From Desulfatiglandales bacterium (GTDB taxonomy: Bacteria > Desulfobacterota > DSM-4660 > Desulfatiglandales > Desulfatiglandaceae): a DNA stretch of 64,000 nt. Each line of letters opens with the position of its first letter. Position 1 is the stretch's first letter. The notes beneath the pieces were generated by a model that searched no databases, was not told where the DNA came from, and worked only from the letters and a program-made list of their open reading frames with translations. A program made the translations under genes and the position numbers. The stretch spans positions 3,744,001 to 3,808,000 of the forward strand of contig OY759599.1 in assembly GCA_963662465.1 (NCBI GenBank). Reading direction: 5' to 3'. Of this stretch, positions 41,730 through 51,492 are shown piece after piece.

Positions 41730-42489
41730 TGCTTCCGGCGATGTGATTTTCTCTCACATGAACAACGCCCTTGCCGCTGCATTTGAGACAGGTCAGGCCG
41801 GTTCCCTGCTCGGTTCCCGATCCTTTACAGTCGCTGCACGGCGCAATAGGGGGGTGAACCGAAACAACGCCTTTGCCGCGGCATACGGGGCAAGTTCGTC
41901 CTGATTTTCGTTCCATGCCCCGGCCTTTGCAAAAAGCGCATGAAACGGCCGGAGGAGCGATGCCGACACTACCGCTTCCCCGGCAGATGGGACATTTGGC
42001 CCCCTTCTCTTTTTTCCCGGTTCCCCCGCAAAATCCGCATGCGTGGGTGTTTTCGGTCATCAGGCGTGTTCCGCCGTTTCCACCGGCCCTTCCCGACATG
42101 GTTCCATTCCCGTAGGTCATGGTGTTCCAACCCACCTCATCCTGGCCCGGTTTAAAAAAACTGTTTGGGGACTGGTTGGGGTTTGCCTTGAAGGTTCTGA
42201 AAGACCGCCATTGGAATTCTTCTCTCTGGAGACTTTTAAAGGGGACCCTCTGTTCCGTTTCGATGGTTCTTTCTTCATGGGACCAACCCAGCGCTTTTTT
42301 CCCCTTTGACGTGATTTTAAAGCGACCCCGGTCTTCCTGATCAAGATGTTTGCTTTTGATGAGGTTCGTACATAGAACCGTTGCGTAGTAAGCGTCAATC
42401 CCCAATTGTCGGCTCACCAGGCGAGTGGTTGTTTTGCCGTGTTCCCTGCTTACGGTCTTCAATGCCTTCATTTCGCTCCCTGAAACCAT
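41713..42489 (-). CDS. wHTH-like + DnaJ-type CxxCxGxG zinc finger protein
   Basis: Six CxxCxGxG repeats at the C-terminus; helical N-terminus ending GRFKITSKGKKALG. Confidence 0.78.
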   Translation of the reverse strand: MVSGSEMKALKTVSREHGKTTTRLVSRQLGIDAYYATVLCTNLIKSKHLDQEDRGRFKITSKGKKALGWSHEERTIETEQRVPFKSLQREEFQWRSFRTFKANPNQSPNSFFKPGQDEVGWNTMTYGNGTMSGRAGGNGGTRLMTENTHACGFCGGTGKKEKGAKCPICRGSGSVGIAPPAVSCAFCKGRGMERKSGRTCPVCRGKGVVSVHPPIAPCSDCKGSGTEQGTGLTCLKCSGKGVVHVRENHIAGSNGGRN

Positions 42490-42501
42490 CAGAAATGTCT
42501 C

Positions 42502-42768
42502 CTACTCCGACGCCGATTCGGTATCAATACGCCTTCTCATGCCGGTGCGCCGAAAATCCAGCATATTGCCTTCCCCATCCAGCCGGGTTTCGTAGGCGGC
42601 CAGGATATCCATACTTTCGGGGATAGAATGTTTTTCCACCACTTCAAGGACGACCCGCCATTCATCTTCTTCTCTGGCGACTTCGATGGTGGATGAGACC
42701 TCCAAACCCGTTAGGGCATTCAATTCGGACCTTGCATTCTTGACGATTTGTGCCATGCCGACAGCCAT
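42502..42768 (-). CDS. gvpO: Gas vesicle protein O
   Basis: L..LTG..VSS....R...W.V.LEVVE...IP..DILA.YE..LD..G....FRR...RR pattern. Confidence 0.9.
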   Translation of the reverse strand: MAVGMAQIVKNARSELNALTGLEVSSTIEVAREEDEWRVVLEVVEKHSIPESMDILAAYETRLDGEGNMLDFRRTGMRRRIDTESASE

Positions 42769-42874
42769 TTTTTTCTCCTTTAACGCTAGATTCCAAAAAG
42801 CTCAATTATTCAATTTTAATGACAAAAATGAAATCTACATGAATCCGCAATCCGAAATCCGCAATCCGAAATCC

Positions 42875-43114
42875 CTATCCCTCTTCCTTCATCTTCCGGA
42901 TCATCTCAAGTTGTTCCATAAGGCGTGTTTCCTGTTTCTCATATTCTTCTTCGCTGATTTCATCCATTTCAAACTGCATCTGGAGATGAAGCAGCCCTTC
43001 GTGGATTTTTGATTCATCCGTCATTTCGTTGTAAGCCGCGTCCCGCAATTTTTGACCCAGCCAGATGGTCAGCTTAAGGGGTGAAAAAAGAATGTCATCC
43101 AGAATAAAAGCCAT
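42875..43114 (-). CDS. gvpG: Gas vesicle protein G
   Basis: FILDDILFSPL....W..., EI.EEEY...E..L motifs. Confidence 0.9.
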   Translation of the reverse strand: MAFILDDILFSPLKLTIWLGQKLRDAAYNEMTDESKIHEGLLHLQMQFEMDEISEEEYEKQETRLMEQLEMIRKMKEEG

Positions 43115-43159
43115 AACCTAGCATCCTCCCCCTGCACCCTGCACCCTGCACCCTATTTT

Positions 43160-43912
43160 CTACCATTTCACCACGATTTCCACGAAATTGCAGGGCGGAA
43201 TAGGCCCCACATACTTCAGCGTCATTTTTCCCGCATAAAGGTCCTTGACTTTTTCAACCGCAAGATCGAACGCTTTTTCCTTTTCTTTTTCTATCAGAAA
43301 TGCCGTGTTGGTAATCATTTGATCTCCGAAATGATTATTCAGTTTTCTTTCCACCCAGAGCCCTTCAAGGGGGACCAGGATGGATTGTTCTTTCTGTTCT
43401 TTCCAGGCCTCAAGGGCCTTTTTGACCATCTCTCCCAGGCGGACCTGATCCCGCTGAACGCCGCCCCGGCGCTTAATCAGTCGGTCGCGCAGTCGACTGA
43501 TATCCGTGTTCTGGGTGGCAATTTCATCGAAGACGGGCTTCATGTCTTTCCAGATGGCCTTGATGCCCAATTCAATCTTGCCGTGCATATAGGCTAACGC
43601 TTCAACCAGTTCCCCTCGCCTGTCTTTCAGGAGTTTTTCCCGGATCGGAAGCAATCCCTCGCTGACCGTTCCGAATCGTACCGGGAGCATGGGATATTCC
43701 AGCATCACCCTTTCCATGACTTTCTGATGGGCCATGGTATTGGCCCGGGTAACCGGGTATTGCTTGATGGGAGAATCGCTGACCACCGCCCCGAGCCCGT
43801 CCTGAACAATGGTATAGATTTCGCTGTTGTGTTTGCCGACGCCGGCGTCGCCGAAATGTGCTTCCCGATCCGTTTCAATGATGGCGTAGATGTATTGTCC
43901 TACCTCGGTCAT
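43160..43912 (-). CDS. gvpF: GvpF/GvpL-family gas vesicle protein
   Basis: YIYAII, AHQKVME, LPVRFGT, ELGIKAIW, VGPIPPCNFV motifs; directly upstream of gvpG. Confidence 0.88.
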   Translation of the reverse strand: MTEVGQYIYAIIETDREAHFGDAGVGKHNSEIYTIVQDGLGAVVSDSPIKQYPVTRANTMAHQKVMERVMLEYPMLPVRFGTVSEGLLPIREKLLKDRRGELVEALAYMHGKIELGIKAIWKDMKPVFDEIATQNTDISRLRDRLIKRRGGVQRDQVRLGEMVKKALEAWKEQKEQSILVPLEGLWVERKLNNHFGDQMITNTAFLIEKEKEKAFDLAVEKVKDLYAGKMTLKYVGPIPPCNFVEIVVKW

Positions 43913-43931
43913 ATCAGTGGTTCCCTTCCCC

Positions 43932-44951
43932 CTAATTGCCCACGGTCGTTATGGAGACCCAGCTTTTGATATCCGTTTCCCGAAAGGAACAAATCGGGTC
44001 TCGGCAGTAATCATTTACCAACTTGTAGGCATGGCTGATTTTTTCGAAATGCTTCTGGGCGTCCCGGTCGCCCGGGAATTTGTCCGGATGGAATTTTTTG
44101 GTCAGTTGCCGGTAATTATCCCGGATCTCCTGTTGGGTGGTTTCTTCTTCCAGTTGAAGCAGCTTCCTGGCATCGTTCAATGGCGCATATTCGGCGGTTT
44201 TGATCTCAAAGGTATGAAAACTGTAAGGGGGCAAAGGGCCGATGATGCGAAAATTGATCCGGTCTTCATAACGCTGGTCCAGTCCCGAGACGATGCCTTC
44301 CAGCCGGGGTGCATTTTCCTTTCTAATCAGGAAAGCGGCGTTCATGATCATGCCATCGTCCATGAGGGAATGAATGCAGTGCTTTTCCGCGATGCTCAGC
44401 AGGGGGGGCAAAATGACGGATTTCAGGGATTCCCGTTTTTGGTCCAGCAGGGCCTTTACCTGTTTTCCGGCTTGGATCCTTAGTTCCAAACCATTGCCGT
44501 CCGATTCGGCAGCTGCGGTTTCCTTGAGCGCCTTGATCTCCTCGGTCTGTCCAATTTCCGCCAGTACGGCATTCAAGTCCGGCCAGAGCGCCACCACGTC
44601 AAGCTCGATCTTGTTTTCCATTTCGTTCAGACTTTTAACAATTTCATCCTCTCCCCGTTTCAAAATCCGGATGACCGCCTCATCCCCTTCAAGCAGTGCC
44701 CCGAATTTGACGGGGATCACCGGATGCGCGTTCATCACCTGCTCAATGACCGATTGGTAAACCGTCAGATTTCGCAGGAGGGTTTCCTTGGGCAGCGCCT
44801 CAAACCCCTGGCGGGGCAGGTTACTGACGATGGCGGATATGCCCTCAATCGGCACGGTGTAAACTTCCCTGCCGTCAATTCCGATGGCGCCGAACCCGCG
44901 GGGTTCATTCCCTTCGATGAGTCCGTAAATGGTTCTCCCTTCATCCGGCAT
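43932..44951 (-). CDS. GvpF/GvpL-family protein fused to a C-terminal J-domain
   Basis: IYGLI, IPVKFG, IGPLPPYSF, then ARKLLQL...EIRDNYRQLTKKFHPDK...F..IS.AY.. Confidence 0.88.
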   Translation of the reverse strand: MPDEGRTIYGLIEGNEPRGFGAIGIDGREVYTVPIEGISAIVSNLPRQGFEALPKETLLRNLTVYQSVIEQVMNAHPVIPVKFGALLEGDEAVIRILKRGEDEIVKSLNEMENKIELDVVALWPDLNAVLAEIGQTEEIKALKETAAAESDGNGLELRIQAGKQVKALLDQKRESLKSVILPPLLSIAEKHCIHSLMDDGMIMNAAFLIRKENAPRLEGIVSGLDQRYEDRINFRIIGPLPPYSFHTFEIKTAEYAPLNDARKLLQLEEETTQQEIRDNYRQLTKKFHPDKFPGDRDAQKHFEKISHAYKLVNDYCRDPICSFRETDIKSWVSITTVGN

Positions 44952-44985
44952 TCCGGTTCCTCCATTCTGGTTCTTTTGGGGTGAA

Positions 44986-47118
44986 TCAGGGCTTGTTTAT
45001 CTCTTCAAGAGCATTCTGAAAATGTTTTCCCCGTATTTTGAATTCGGCATAGTCGCTTTCTCCGCTTTCGATGAATTCCCGAATGGCCTTCATGGCCGCC
45101 TTTTTGCAGATGGATTCCAGGTCGGCCCCCACCAGATTTTCGGAAGCCTCAGCAAGGACTTCAAGGTCCACGTCTTCGGCCAGAGGTTTTTGCCGGGTAT
45201 GCACTTTCAGGATCTCCAGCCTGGCCTTTTTGTCCGGAAGCGGGATTTCAAAATGAAAATCGAACCTTCCCGCCCTGAGCAGGGCCTCGTCAATGATATC
45301 CGGACGGTTGGTGGCGGCCAGAACCATGATCCCTTTCAGTTCCTCGATGCCGTCCATTTCCGTTAAAAACTGGCTGATAACCCGATCCGCCACATGGGAA
45401 GATCCATCCATCCCCCGCCTGGGGGCCACACTGTCGATCTCATCGAAAAAGATGATGCAGGGGGAGGCCTGTTTGGCCTTTTTGAAAATTTCCCGGATCC
45501 CTTTTTCGCTCTCCCCCACCCATTTGCTCATGAGTTCAGGCCCTTTGACGGAGATGAAATTGACTTCCGATTCCGATGCCACCGCCTTGGCCAACAGGGT
45601 CTTTCCGGAACCGGGGGGACCGTATAGCAGGATGCCTTTGGACGGCGTGGTTCCGGCGTGTTCGAATAAATCGTTGTATTTCAGGGGCCATTCAATGGTT
45701 TCCTTGAGAACCCGCTTGACCTCTTCCAGGCCGCCCACGTCGCTCCACTTCACGTCGGGAACCTCGGTAAAAACCTCCCGAATGGCGGAGGGTTCCACCT
45801 CCCTGAGGGCTTCCCTGAAGTCGTCCATGGACACCTGGAGCTTCATCAGGGTTTCGTAGGGAATTTCTTCCAGCTCAAAATCGATTCTGGGAAAGATTTT
45901 TCGAAGGGTTGCCATGGCCGCTTCCCTGGAGAGCGCCTCCAGATCCGCCCCCACAAATCCGTGAGTAATTTCAGCGAGTCGGTTCAGATCAACGTCCTCT
46001 GAAAGGGGCATGCCCCGGGTGTGCACATTCAGAATGGCCAAACGTCCGTTCATGTCCGGAATGCCGATTTCGATTTCCCGATCGAAACGGCCCGGTCTTC
46101 TGAGTGCCGGATCAAGGACATTGGGAATATTGGTGGCGCCGATAACAATGACCTGGCCCCGGGACGCAAGACCGTCCATCAGAGCAAGCAGTTGGGCTAC
46201 CACCCGCTTTTCCACCTGTTTCTCTCCGCCCATCTCCTCCCTTTTGGGAGCAATGGCGTCAATTTCGTCCAGGAAAATGATACTGGGGGCTTTGGCCGTG
46301 GCCTCGTCAAATATTTTACGCAGGTTGGCCTCGCTCTGGCCATAGAATTTGTGCATGATCTCCGGGCCGCTGATGGTCCGGAAAAAGGCGTCGGTCTCGT
46401 TGGCCACGGCGCGGGCAATGAGGGTTTTTCCACAGCCCGGAGGCCCGTGGAGGAGTACCCCCCTTGGGGGATCAATGCCCAGCCGTTCAAAGATCTGGGG
46501 ATATTTTAGCGGGAGTTCGATCATCTCCCGGATTTTTCGAATTTCCCGCCCCAGGCCCCCGATGTCTTCATAGGAAATGCGGGTTTTTCCTTCGCCCGGT
46601 TCCTTTTGCTGCTGAACTTCCATTGCCGTCTGGGGATGAATCATGACCACCCCCGATGGGCTTGTGGCAACCACTTTGAAATCCTGGGTTCGGGAACCAA
46701 TGAGCCTGGCCCGTACCAGATCCCCTTCCACCAGGGGAAGCCCTTCCAGAAGGCTTCCGATATAGCGGGCATCGTAGGATCGCATGACGGTGAGGGGCGC
46801 CACCACAATTTTCCGGGCCGGCTGAAAGTCGCAGGCGGCGATTTTCACTTTTTCATCGATGCCCACTTGCGCATTTTCCCGGGTAATGCCGTCCAGCCGG
46901 ATCAACCCTTGTCCACGGTCCTCCATGTAAGCGGGAAGCACCTTGGCAACGGTTTTTCGTTTGCCTTCCACCGTCACCACATCACCCACCTGAACGCTCA
47001 GTTTTTCAAACTCCCCCGGGTCAAACCGGACAATGCCGCGACCCACGTCCTTGGTGACCGCTTCCGCCACCTTGAGGGTCAGGGGTTTTGCCGTTGTTGT
47101 TTTCTTTTCAGAAGTCAT
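44986..47118 (-). CDS. CDC48/p97/VAT-family AAA+ ATPase
   Basis: N-domain DVGRGIVR; D1 [26 protein letters not shown]2 [23 protein letters not shown]. Confidence 0.95.
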   Translation of the reverse strand: MTSEKKTTTAKPLTLKVAEAVTKDVGRGIVRFDPGEFEKLSVQVGDVVTVEGKRKTVAKVLPAYMEDRGQGLIRLDGITRENAQVGIDEKVKIAACDFQPARKIVVAPLTVMRSYDARYIGSLLEGLPLVEGDLVRARLIGSRTQDFKVVATSPSGVVMIHPQTAMEVQQQKEPGEGKTRISYEDIGGLGREIRKIREMIELPLKYPQIFERLGIDPPRGVLLHGPPGCGKTLIARAVANETDAFFRTISGPEIMHKFYGQSEANLRKIFDEATAKAPSIIFLDEIDAIAPKREEMGGEKQVEKRVVAQLLALMDGLASRGQVIVIGATNIPNVLDPALRRPGRFDREIEIGIPDMNGRLAILNVHTRGMPLSEDVDLNRLAEITHGFVGADLEALSREAAMATLRKIFPRIDFELEEIPYETLMKLQVSMDDFREALREVEPSAIREVFTEVPDVKWSDVGGLEEVKRVLKETIEWPLKYNDLFEHAGTTPSKGILLYGPPGSGKTLLAKAVASESEVNFISVKGPELMSKWVGESEKGIREIFKKAKQASPCIIFFDEIDSVAPRRGMDGSSHVADRVISQFLTEMDGIEELKGIMVLAATNRPDIIDEALLRAGRFDFHFEIPLPDKKARLEILKVHTRQKPLAEDVDLEVLAEASENLVGADLESICKKAAMKAIREFIESGESDYAEFKIRGKHFQNALEEINKP

Positions 47119-47145
47119 GGGTAATCCTTGTTGGTTATTAGAAGG

Positions 47146-47898
47146 TTACAGCTTCATCTCAATGCTCACGAAATTGAAGGGGGGCGCCGGTCCCACAAGC
47201 TTGAAATCCGCTTCGTTGCTGTATTCATCCGCCAGGTCTTCCACCAGGAAATCAACCTGTTTTTCTCTGGTTCTGTCGATGAGGAATACGGCGTTTAAGA
47301 ACATGTCGTCTCCCATCACGTCGTTTTGGTGCGTATCCAGGGTCAGCCTCTTGAATTGGCGCAGGATTTTCTCGGCGAGTTGCTTCTTTTTTTCATCCAA
47401 AGCCGCCTTCACTGCTTTTCCCAGATCGACTTTTTCATTGCCGTCGGCTTCTTTGCCGTGTTCCGCAACCTTCTTTTTGAGTTCTTTCACGTCGGGGTCG
47501 GTTTGGGCGATTTCCTCAAAGATCTTTTCCATGTGGGTCCAGCGGGCTTTGAGTCCCATTTCCACTTTGTTGTCGAGATCATGAAGCAGCCCTTTGAATT
47601 CAGCATGTTGTCGTCTGAGAAATGTGCGAACCTCCTCGGCGCTGTTGGCGATGGTGCAGAATCTCACCGGCAAAACCGTGTAGTCCTTCATAACTTCTTC
47701 GATGACCTTTTCATGGGCCATGAGATTTTCGGGGTCAATTACGTACCGGGTGATCGGCGAGCTGCTGATGACCGCGCTGATGTCGTTGAACCCGATGGTG
47801 GATACAATGTCGCCCCGTTTGCCGATTCCCATGGGACCGAAGTTTCTGCCTTCATCGCCGTTGATGATGCAGTATATGTATTTACCTTCTTTGGCCAT
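47146..47898 (-). CDS. gvpF: GvpF/GvpL-family gas vesicle protein
   Basis: GKYIYCII, AHEKVIEEVM, VLPVRF, VGPAPPFNFV motifs. Confidence 0.87.
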   Translation of the reverse strand: MAKEGKYIYCIINGDEGRNFGPMGIGKRGDIVSTIGFNDISAVISSSPITRYVIDPENLMAHEKVIEEVMKDYTVLPVRFCTIANSAEEVRTFLRRQHAEFKGLLHDLDNKVEMGLKARWTHMEKIFEEIAQTDPDVKELKKKVAEHGKEADGNEKVDLGKAVKAALDEKKKQLAEKILRQFKRLTLDTHQNDVMGDDMFLNAVFLIDRTREKQVDFLVEDLADEYSNEADFKLVGPAPPFNFVSIEMKL

Positions 47899-47917
47899 AA
47901 TCTCTCCACAGTCGCTG

Positions 47918-48232
47918 TCAATAATCCATCGTCATGACCTTCATGTTGCCCTTGGGCCTGATTTTCCGGGCATCGTTGCCTTCCAGCAGTTTTGCCTTTT
48001 TTTCCAATTCCTGGGCATCCAGCTCCGCGATCCTGTTTTCGATATCTTCAATCCGGGTTTCAATCACTTTTTTTCGCTGGCTGACGCTTACCAGTTCTTT
48101 CCTGGAAAGGGAGAGGTTATTTTTCAAAAGGTAGATCTCGGCGTCATTTGCCCGATCCGCCTTGGGGAGGGAACGGTGTTTCATTCCCATAAGCGTTTTG
48201 ATGTGACCCAGCGAACGAATCTCTTTTCCCAT
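47918..48232 (-). CDS. Coiled-coil gas vesicle accessory protein (GvpV-like)
   Basis: Follows gvpN; central coiled coil; C-terminus MTMDY. Confidence 0.6.
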   Translation of the reverse strand: MGKEIRSLGHIKTLMGMKHRSLPKADRANDAEIYLLKNNLSLSRKELVSVSQRKKVIETRIEDIENRIAELDAQELEKKAKLLEGNDARKIRPKGNMKVMTMDY

Positions 48233-48252
48233 GAAATCTCTCCTTATGATCG

Positions 48253-49167
48253 CTAACAGATTTGATCGATTAATTCGTTGATGACCCTTTTAACCCTTTT
48301 CTGGCTTCCGGCGGTGCCGATGCGGCTGGTTTCGGATGATAGGATATCCATACAGGTCTGCCTGAAAATCGGGTCATTCTTGTCTACCGCCGCCTCGCGG
48401 ACCACCAGGGTTTTGGCGATCATGATACATCCCCGGATGGTTGGGGCGAACTCATAGACGTCGGATTCGCGCAATCCTCTCACGATGCGGACAATTTTCG
48501 TCGCATCCCCATCCAGCAGACCGGATTTGAACTCGGTGATGCGAATTTCCGTCTCTTCATCGAAATAGTCCACATCCAGGGTGATCATTCGGTCGCGAAG
48601 GGCGTCCTGACTTCGGTGAACCCCCGCATATTCTTCCGGATTGCTGGTGAAAATGGCTGTAAAATCAGGGTGGACCTTGAGATAATTCCCTTCTCCCTGT
48701 CTGGGGGCCGGCAGATCCAGCATCCTTTCCTGAAGCACCGACAGCAGAATGTTGTTGGCCTCGGGTCTGGTTCGGGTGAACTCATCATAAATGAGGGTAA
48801 ACCCGTTTTTACAGGCCACGGTGAGACGGTTGTCGGCCCATCTTTTCTGCATGTCCTCTTCAGTTTTCTTGACCGTGTGAATATAATTGTCCACCACTTT
48901 GCGTCTGTGAAAACCGGTCTCTCCGCCCACAAGGTCCGATGTAGAAAACTCCTCGTCCCCATGAATCATGACTACGGGTCGCCCGATCATGGCCGCCACA
49001 TGCATGGCCAGGGTGGTTTTGCCGGTTCCCGAGATGCCTCGAAAATGGATGGGAAAGCCCGCAGCGATATAGGCCATGGCTCTTTCCGCCATGTCCTGGA
49101 CATAGGGGGTTTCTACGAAGTTCGGCAGAGAGCGAGGCTCCAGAACCGTTGTACTGTTAGTTGACAT
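48253..49167 (-). CDS. gvpN: Gas vesicle AAA+ ATPase GvpN
   Basis: TTVLEP..NFVETP, GTGKTTLAMH, VVDNYIHTV.K, YDEFTR.RPEANN, FTSNPEEYAGVH..QDAL.DR motifs. Confidence 0.96.
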   Translation of the reverse strand: MSTNSTTVLEPRSLPNFVETPYVQDMAERAMAYIAAGFPIHFRGISGTGKTTLAMHVAAMIGRPVVMIHGDEEFSTSDLVGGETGFHRRKVVDNYIHTVKKTEEDMQKRWADNRLTVACKNGFTLIYDEFTRTRPEANNILLSVLQERMLDLPAPRQGEGNYLKVHPDFTAIFTSNPEEYAGVHRSQDALRDRMITLDVDYFDEETEIRITEFKSGLLDGDATKIVRIVRGLRESDVYEFAPTIRGCIMIAKTLVVREAAVDKNDPIFRQTCMDILSSETSRIGTAGSQKRVKRVINELIDQIC

Positions 49168-49254
49168 AAAATTCTCCTTATGAACTGGATAGCGGCAGGT
49201 TGAAGGCGGAGCGCCGTTATGGATGCCGATCGCGCTCCGCCTTCTGCGTACTGC

Positions 49255-49623
49255 CTACTTTTTAGTAACCACGCCTTTGCCGCCACAGGTCAAACAGGGG
49301 AGGTATTGCCCCGGCTGTAAGCCTTTCCCTGCGCAATCAGGACATGTTTTCAGGGGTTTCACGGCTGAAACCACCCCTTTTCCGGCACAGACCGTACAAA
49401 CCATTCTTCGCTGGGGTTGGACCGCTGTGCCGTTGCAATAGGCGCACGGTCTAACCGCTCCGTATATGCTGATCCGTCCTTTTCCGCCACAAACCTGACA
49501 ACGGGAAGCGCCGTAGAGCAGTCCAAACGGGTCAATGCCGGTTCCCCGACAAAACGTACACGCCAGGGTGTTCTTTTCCTCAGTGGTCATGCTTGCTGAG
49601 TCGGTCATTGCACTTCCTTCCAT
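49255..49623 (-). CDS. Stand-alone DnaJ-type CxxCxGxG zinc finger protein
   Basis: Six CxxCxG(x)G-like repeats and no J-domain. Confidence 0.82.
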   Translation of the reverse strand: MEGSAMTDSASMTTEEKNTLACTFCRGTGIDPFGLLYGASRCQVCGGKGRISIYGAVRPCAYCNGTAVQPQRRMVCTVCAGKGVVSAVKPLKTCPDCAGKGLQPGQYLPCLTCGGKGVVTKK

Positions 49624-49699
49624 TGTCTCCGGCGGGCCATGGCGGTATCCGGATCACGTTTTCCCTTCCATCCACCGCCTTAGGCCTGTCCGAGGACCG

Positions 49700-51244
49700 T
49701 TAAATCGCAAAGTATGTTAAGTCTTCTTTTTTGACTTCGCCATCATCCAGCAATTCTCTCATAACGGAGATCAGGGAACGCCAGTTTTCCACCCCCAGTT
49801 TTTCCGCAATTTCAACCATTCGCAGCCCATCCGGGGCATCCTTCAAAATGGCGACGATGTCACTGTGTGAGGTTTGCAAATTGATTTCAGCACCGTCGGT
49901 CTGGAAGGATTCTTCCGAGGTTACTTCCGCCTCCTTTTCCTCAGCATCTGTTTCTGACGACGCTTCGCCCCGGGGTTCTATGACGTTTTCTGTTGCTTCG
50001 ACTGGTGCTTCTTCGGTTTTCTTATCCTCGACAACCTTAACTTCCCTTTCCGGCGCCGACGCCGCTTTTTCGGGGGTGGTGAGGGTCATGGTTCCGGTGG
50101 AGGAACGTACGGCTGAAAGGATTTCGTGCCAGGCCCGGGCTGCTTCCGAACGATCCTTATTGAGCTCTCCCAGCATTTGCGTCACACTGGTGGACAGATT
50201 TGAGCTGAAATCGCGCAGGTTTGCTTTGAGCTCTTCGCCCTTTTCCTTCATGTCACGCACGACGGTTTCCAGTCGTTCCTTCTCACCGTTTTCCAGATCC
50301 GCCTTGAATTGAGCCAGTCCGGTAGTAAAGGATTCCAACTCGGACTTCAAAGTGCGCCACATCTCTTTTCGAGCGTTTTCGAAGTCGTTGATCATATTGC
50401 GGGTATCTCCCTTGAGATTCCCGATATGCTCGCGGCGGTCCGCTATTTCCCGGCCCATGGTCTCTTGTCGATCCGCCTCCGCTCGGTCCAGATCTGCTTT
50501 GAATCGGGCCAATTCGGAGGTAAAGGCATCCAGTTGCCCTTTCAAGTCCGCCCACATTTCTTTTCGCGCATTTGAAAAGGCTTTCAGCATATCCTGGGTG
50601 CCGCCGAGAATTCCCCGCAGATCCTGCTTCCGTTCACCGATTTCCGCCAGCGCTTCGGCCTTCCGGTTGCTTTCAGCTTGATCCAGGTTCCCCTTGAACT
50701 GTTTCAACATAGACATAAATCCGGACAATTCGTTTCTGAGGTTATCCCCCATTTCCTTGAGTTCAGTGCGGATCGTAGCGATACGTTCTTCGTTGGCGTT
50801 AACCATCGCATTTCTGAAATTCGCCAGTTCCGACGTGAAGTTCTGCAATCTGGATTTCAAATTTCCCCACATTTCCTGCCTGGCGCCTTCGAAGTCGTTG
50901 ATCAGGCTTCGGGTGTCATTGCGCAGACCTGAAATATATCTGCCGCGATCGGCGATTTCTTCTTGGGCTTCGTTCTTGCGATTTTTCTCCGCTTCATCCA
51001 GATCCGTTTTGAATCCGGCCAGTTGGGTGCTGAAGTCCTTCAAATCGGACCTCAGGGTATCGCCCATGTCTTTCAGTTCGGCCCGGACGGTGTCGGCGCG
51101 TTCTTTATTGGATTCCTCCAGATTGTTCCTGAAATCCGCCAGTTTTTCCGCTGTTTCCGTTTTCAGTTCCGAAATGCTTCGCATCCGTTCCTCGTATGCG
51201 CCCGCAATTTCTTCAGCCAGTCTTCTCAAATCATCTGCCAACAT
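49700..51244 (-). CDS. gvpC: GvpC-like helical repeat protein with acidic linker and C-terminal wHTH
   Basis: Repeats (AR.EMW..LK..L..FT..LA.F x3; ER..T....K..G..L...L..F x3); lies between gvpA and gvpN. ATG 51244 has an AGGAGG RBS. The gvpC symbol rests on position and repeat type. Confidence 0.65.
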   Translation of the reverse strand: MLADDLRRLAEEIAGAYEERMRSISELKTETAEKLADFRNNLEESNKERADTVRAELKDMGDTLRSDLKDFSTQLAGFKTDLDEAEKNRKNEAQEEIADRGRYISGLRNDTRSLINDFEGARQEMWGNLKSRLQNFTSELANFRNAMVNANEERIATIRTELKEMGDNLRNELSGFMSMLKQFKGNLDQAESNRKAEALAEIGERKQDLRGILGGTQDMLKAFSNARKEMWADLKGQLDAFTSELARFKADLDRAEADRQETMGREIADRREHIGNLKGDTRNMINDFENARKEMWRTLKSELESFTTGLAQFKADLENGEKERLETVVRDMKEKGEELKANLRDFSSNLSTSVTQMLGELNKDRSEAARAWHEILSAVRSSTGTMTLTTPEKAASAPEREVKVVEDKKTEEAPVEATENVIEPRGEASSETDAEEKEAEVTSEESFQTDGAEINLQTSHSDIVAILKDAPDGLRMVEIAEKLGVENWRSLISVMRELLDDGEVKKEDLTYFAI

Positions 51245-51275
51245 GACCACTCCTCCTTAAAATTTTGATTTTTTG

Positions 51276-51370
51276 AAGACATGCTTGAGATTCCCGTATT
51301 CACGGAAATGCGGTTTTGCGAAAATGAGGGTAAGCAAGCGTACACTCCATCGCATCCTCAAGGACATCTT
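51276..51370 (-). ncRNA. Candidate structured cis-regulatory RNA motif, copy 2
   Basis: GATGTCCTTGAG..CGCAAA..CTCAAGCATGTC; same architecture as 52250-52330; ends just before the gvpC-like RBS. Confidence 0.5.
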
Positions 51371-51492
51371 ATAAATTTCCGTTGGCGAATCCGGCGGGGA
51401 TATGAATGGCTCCGGCGCGGATTGGCAAAGGTTTAAATTTACGGTTTACGGTTGCCGATTTCAGCAAAGGCGAAAAATCTTTCGCCGCGACG

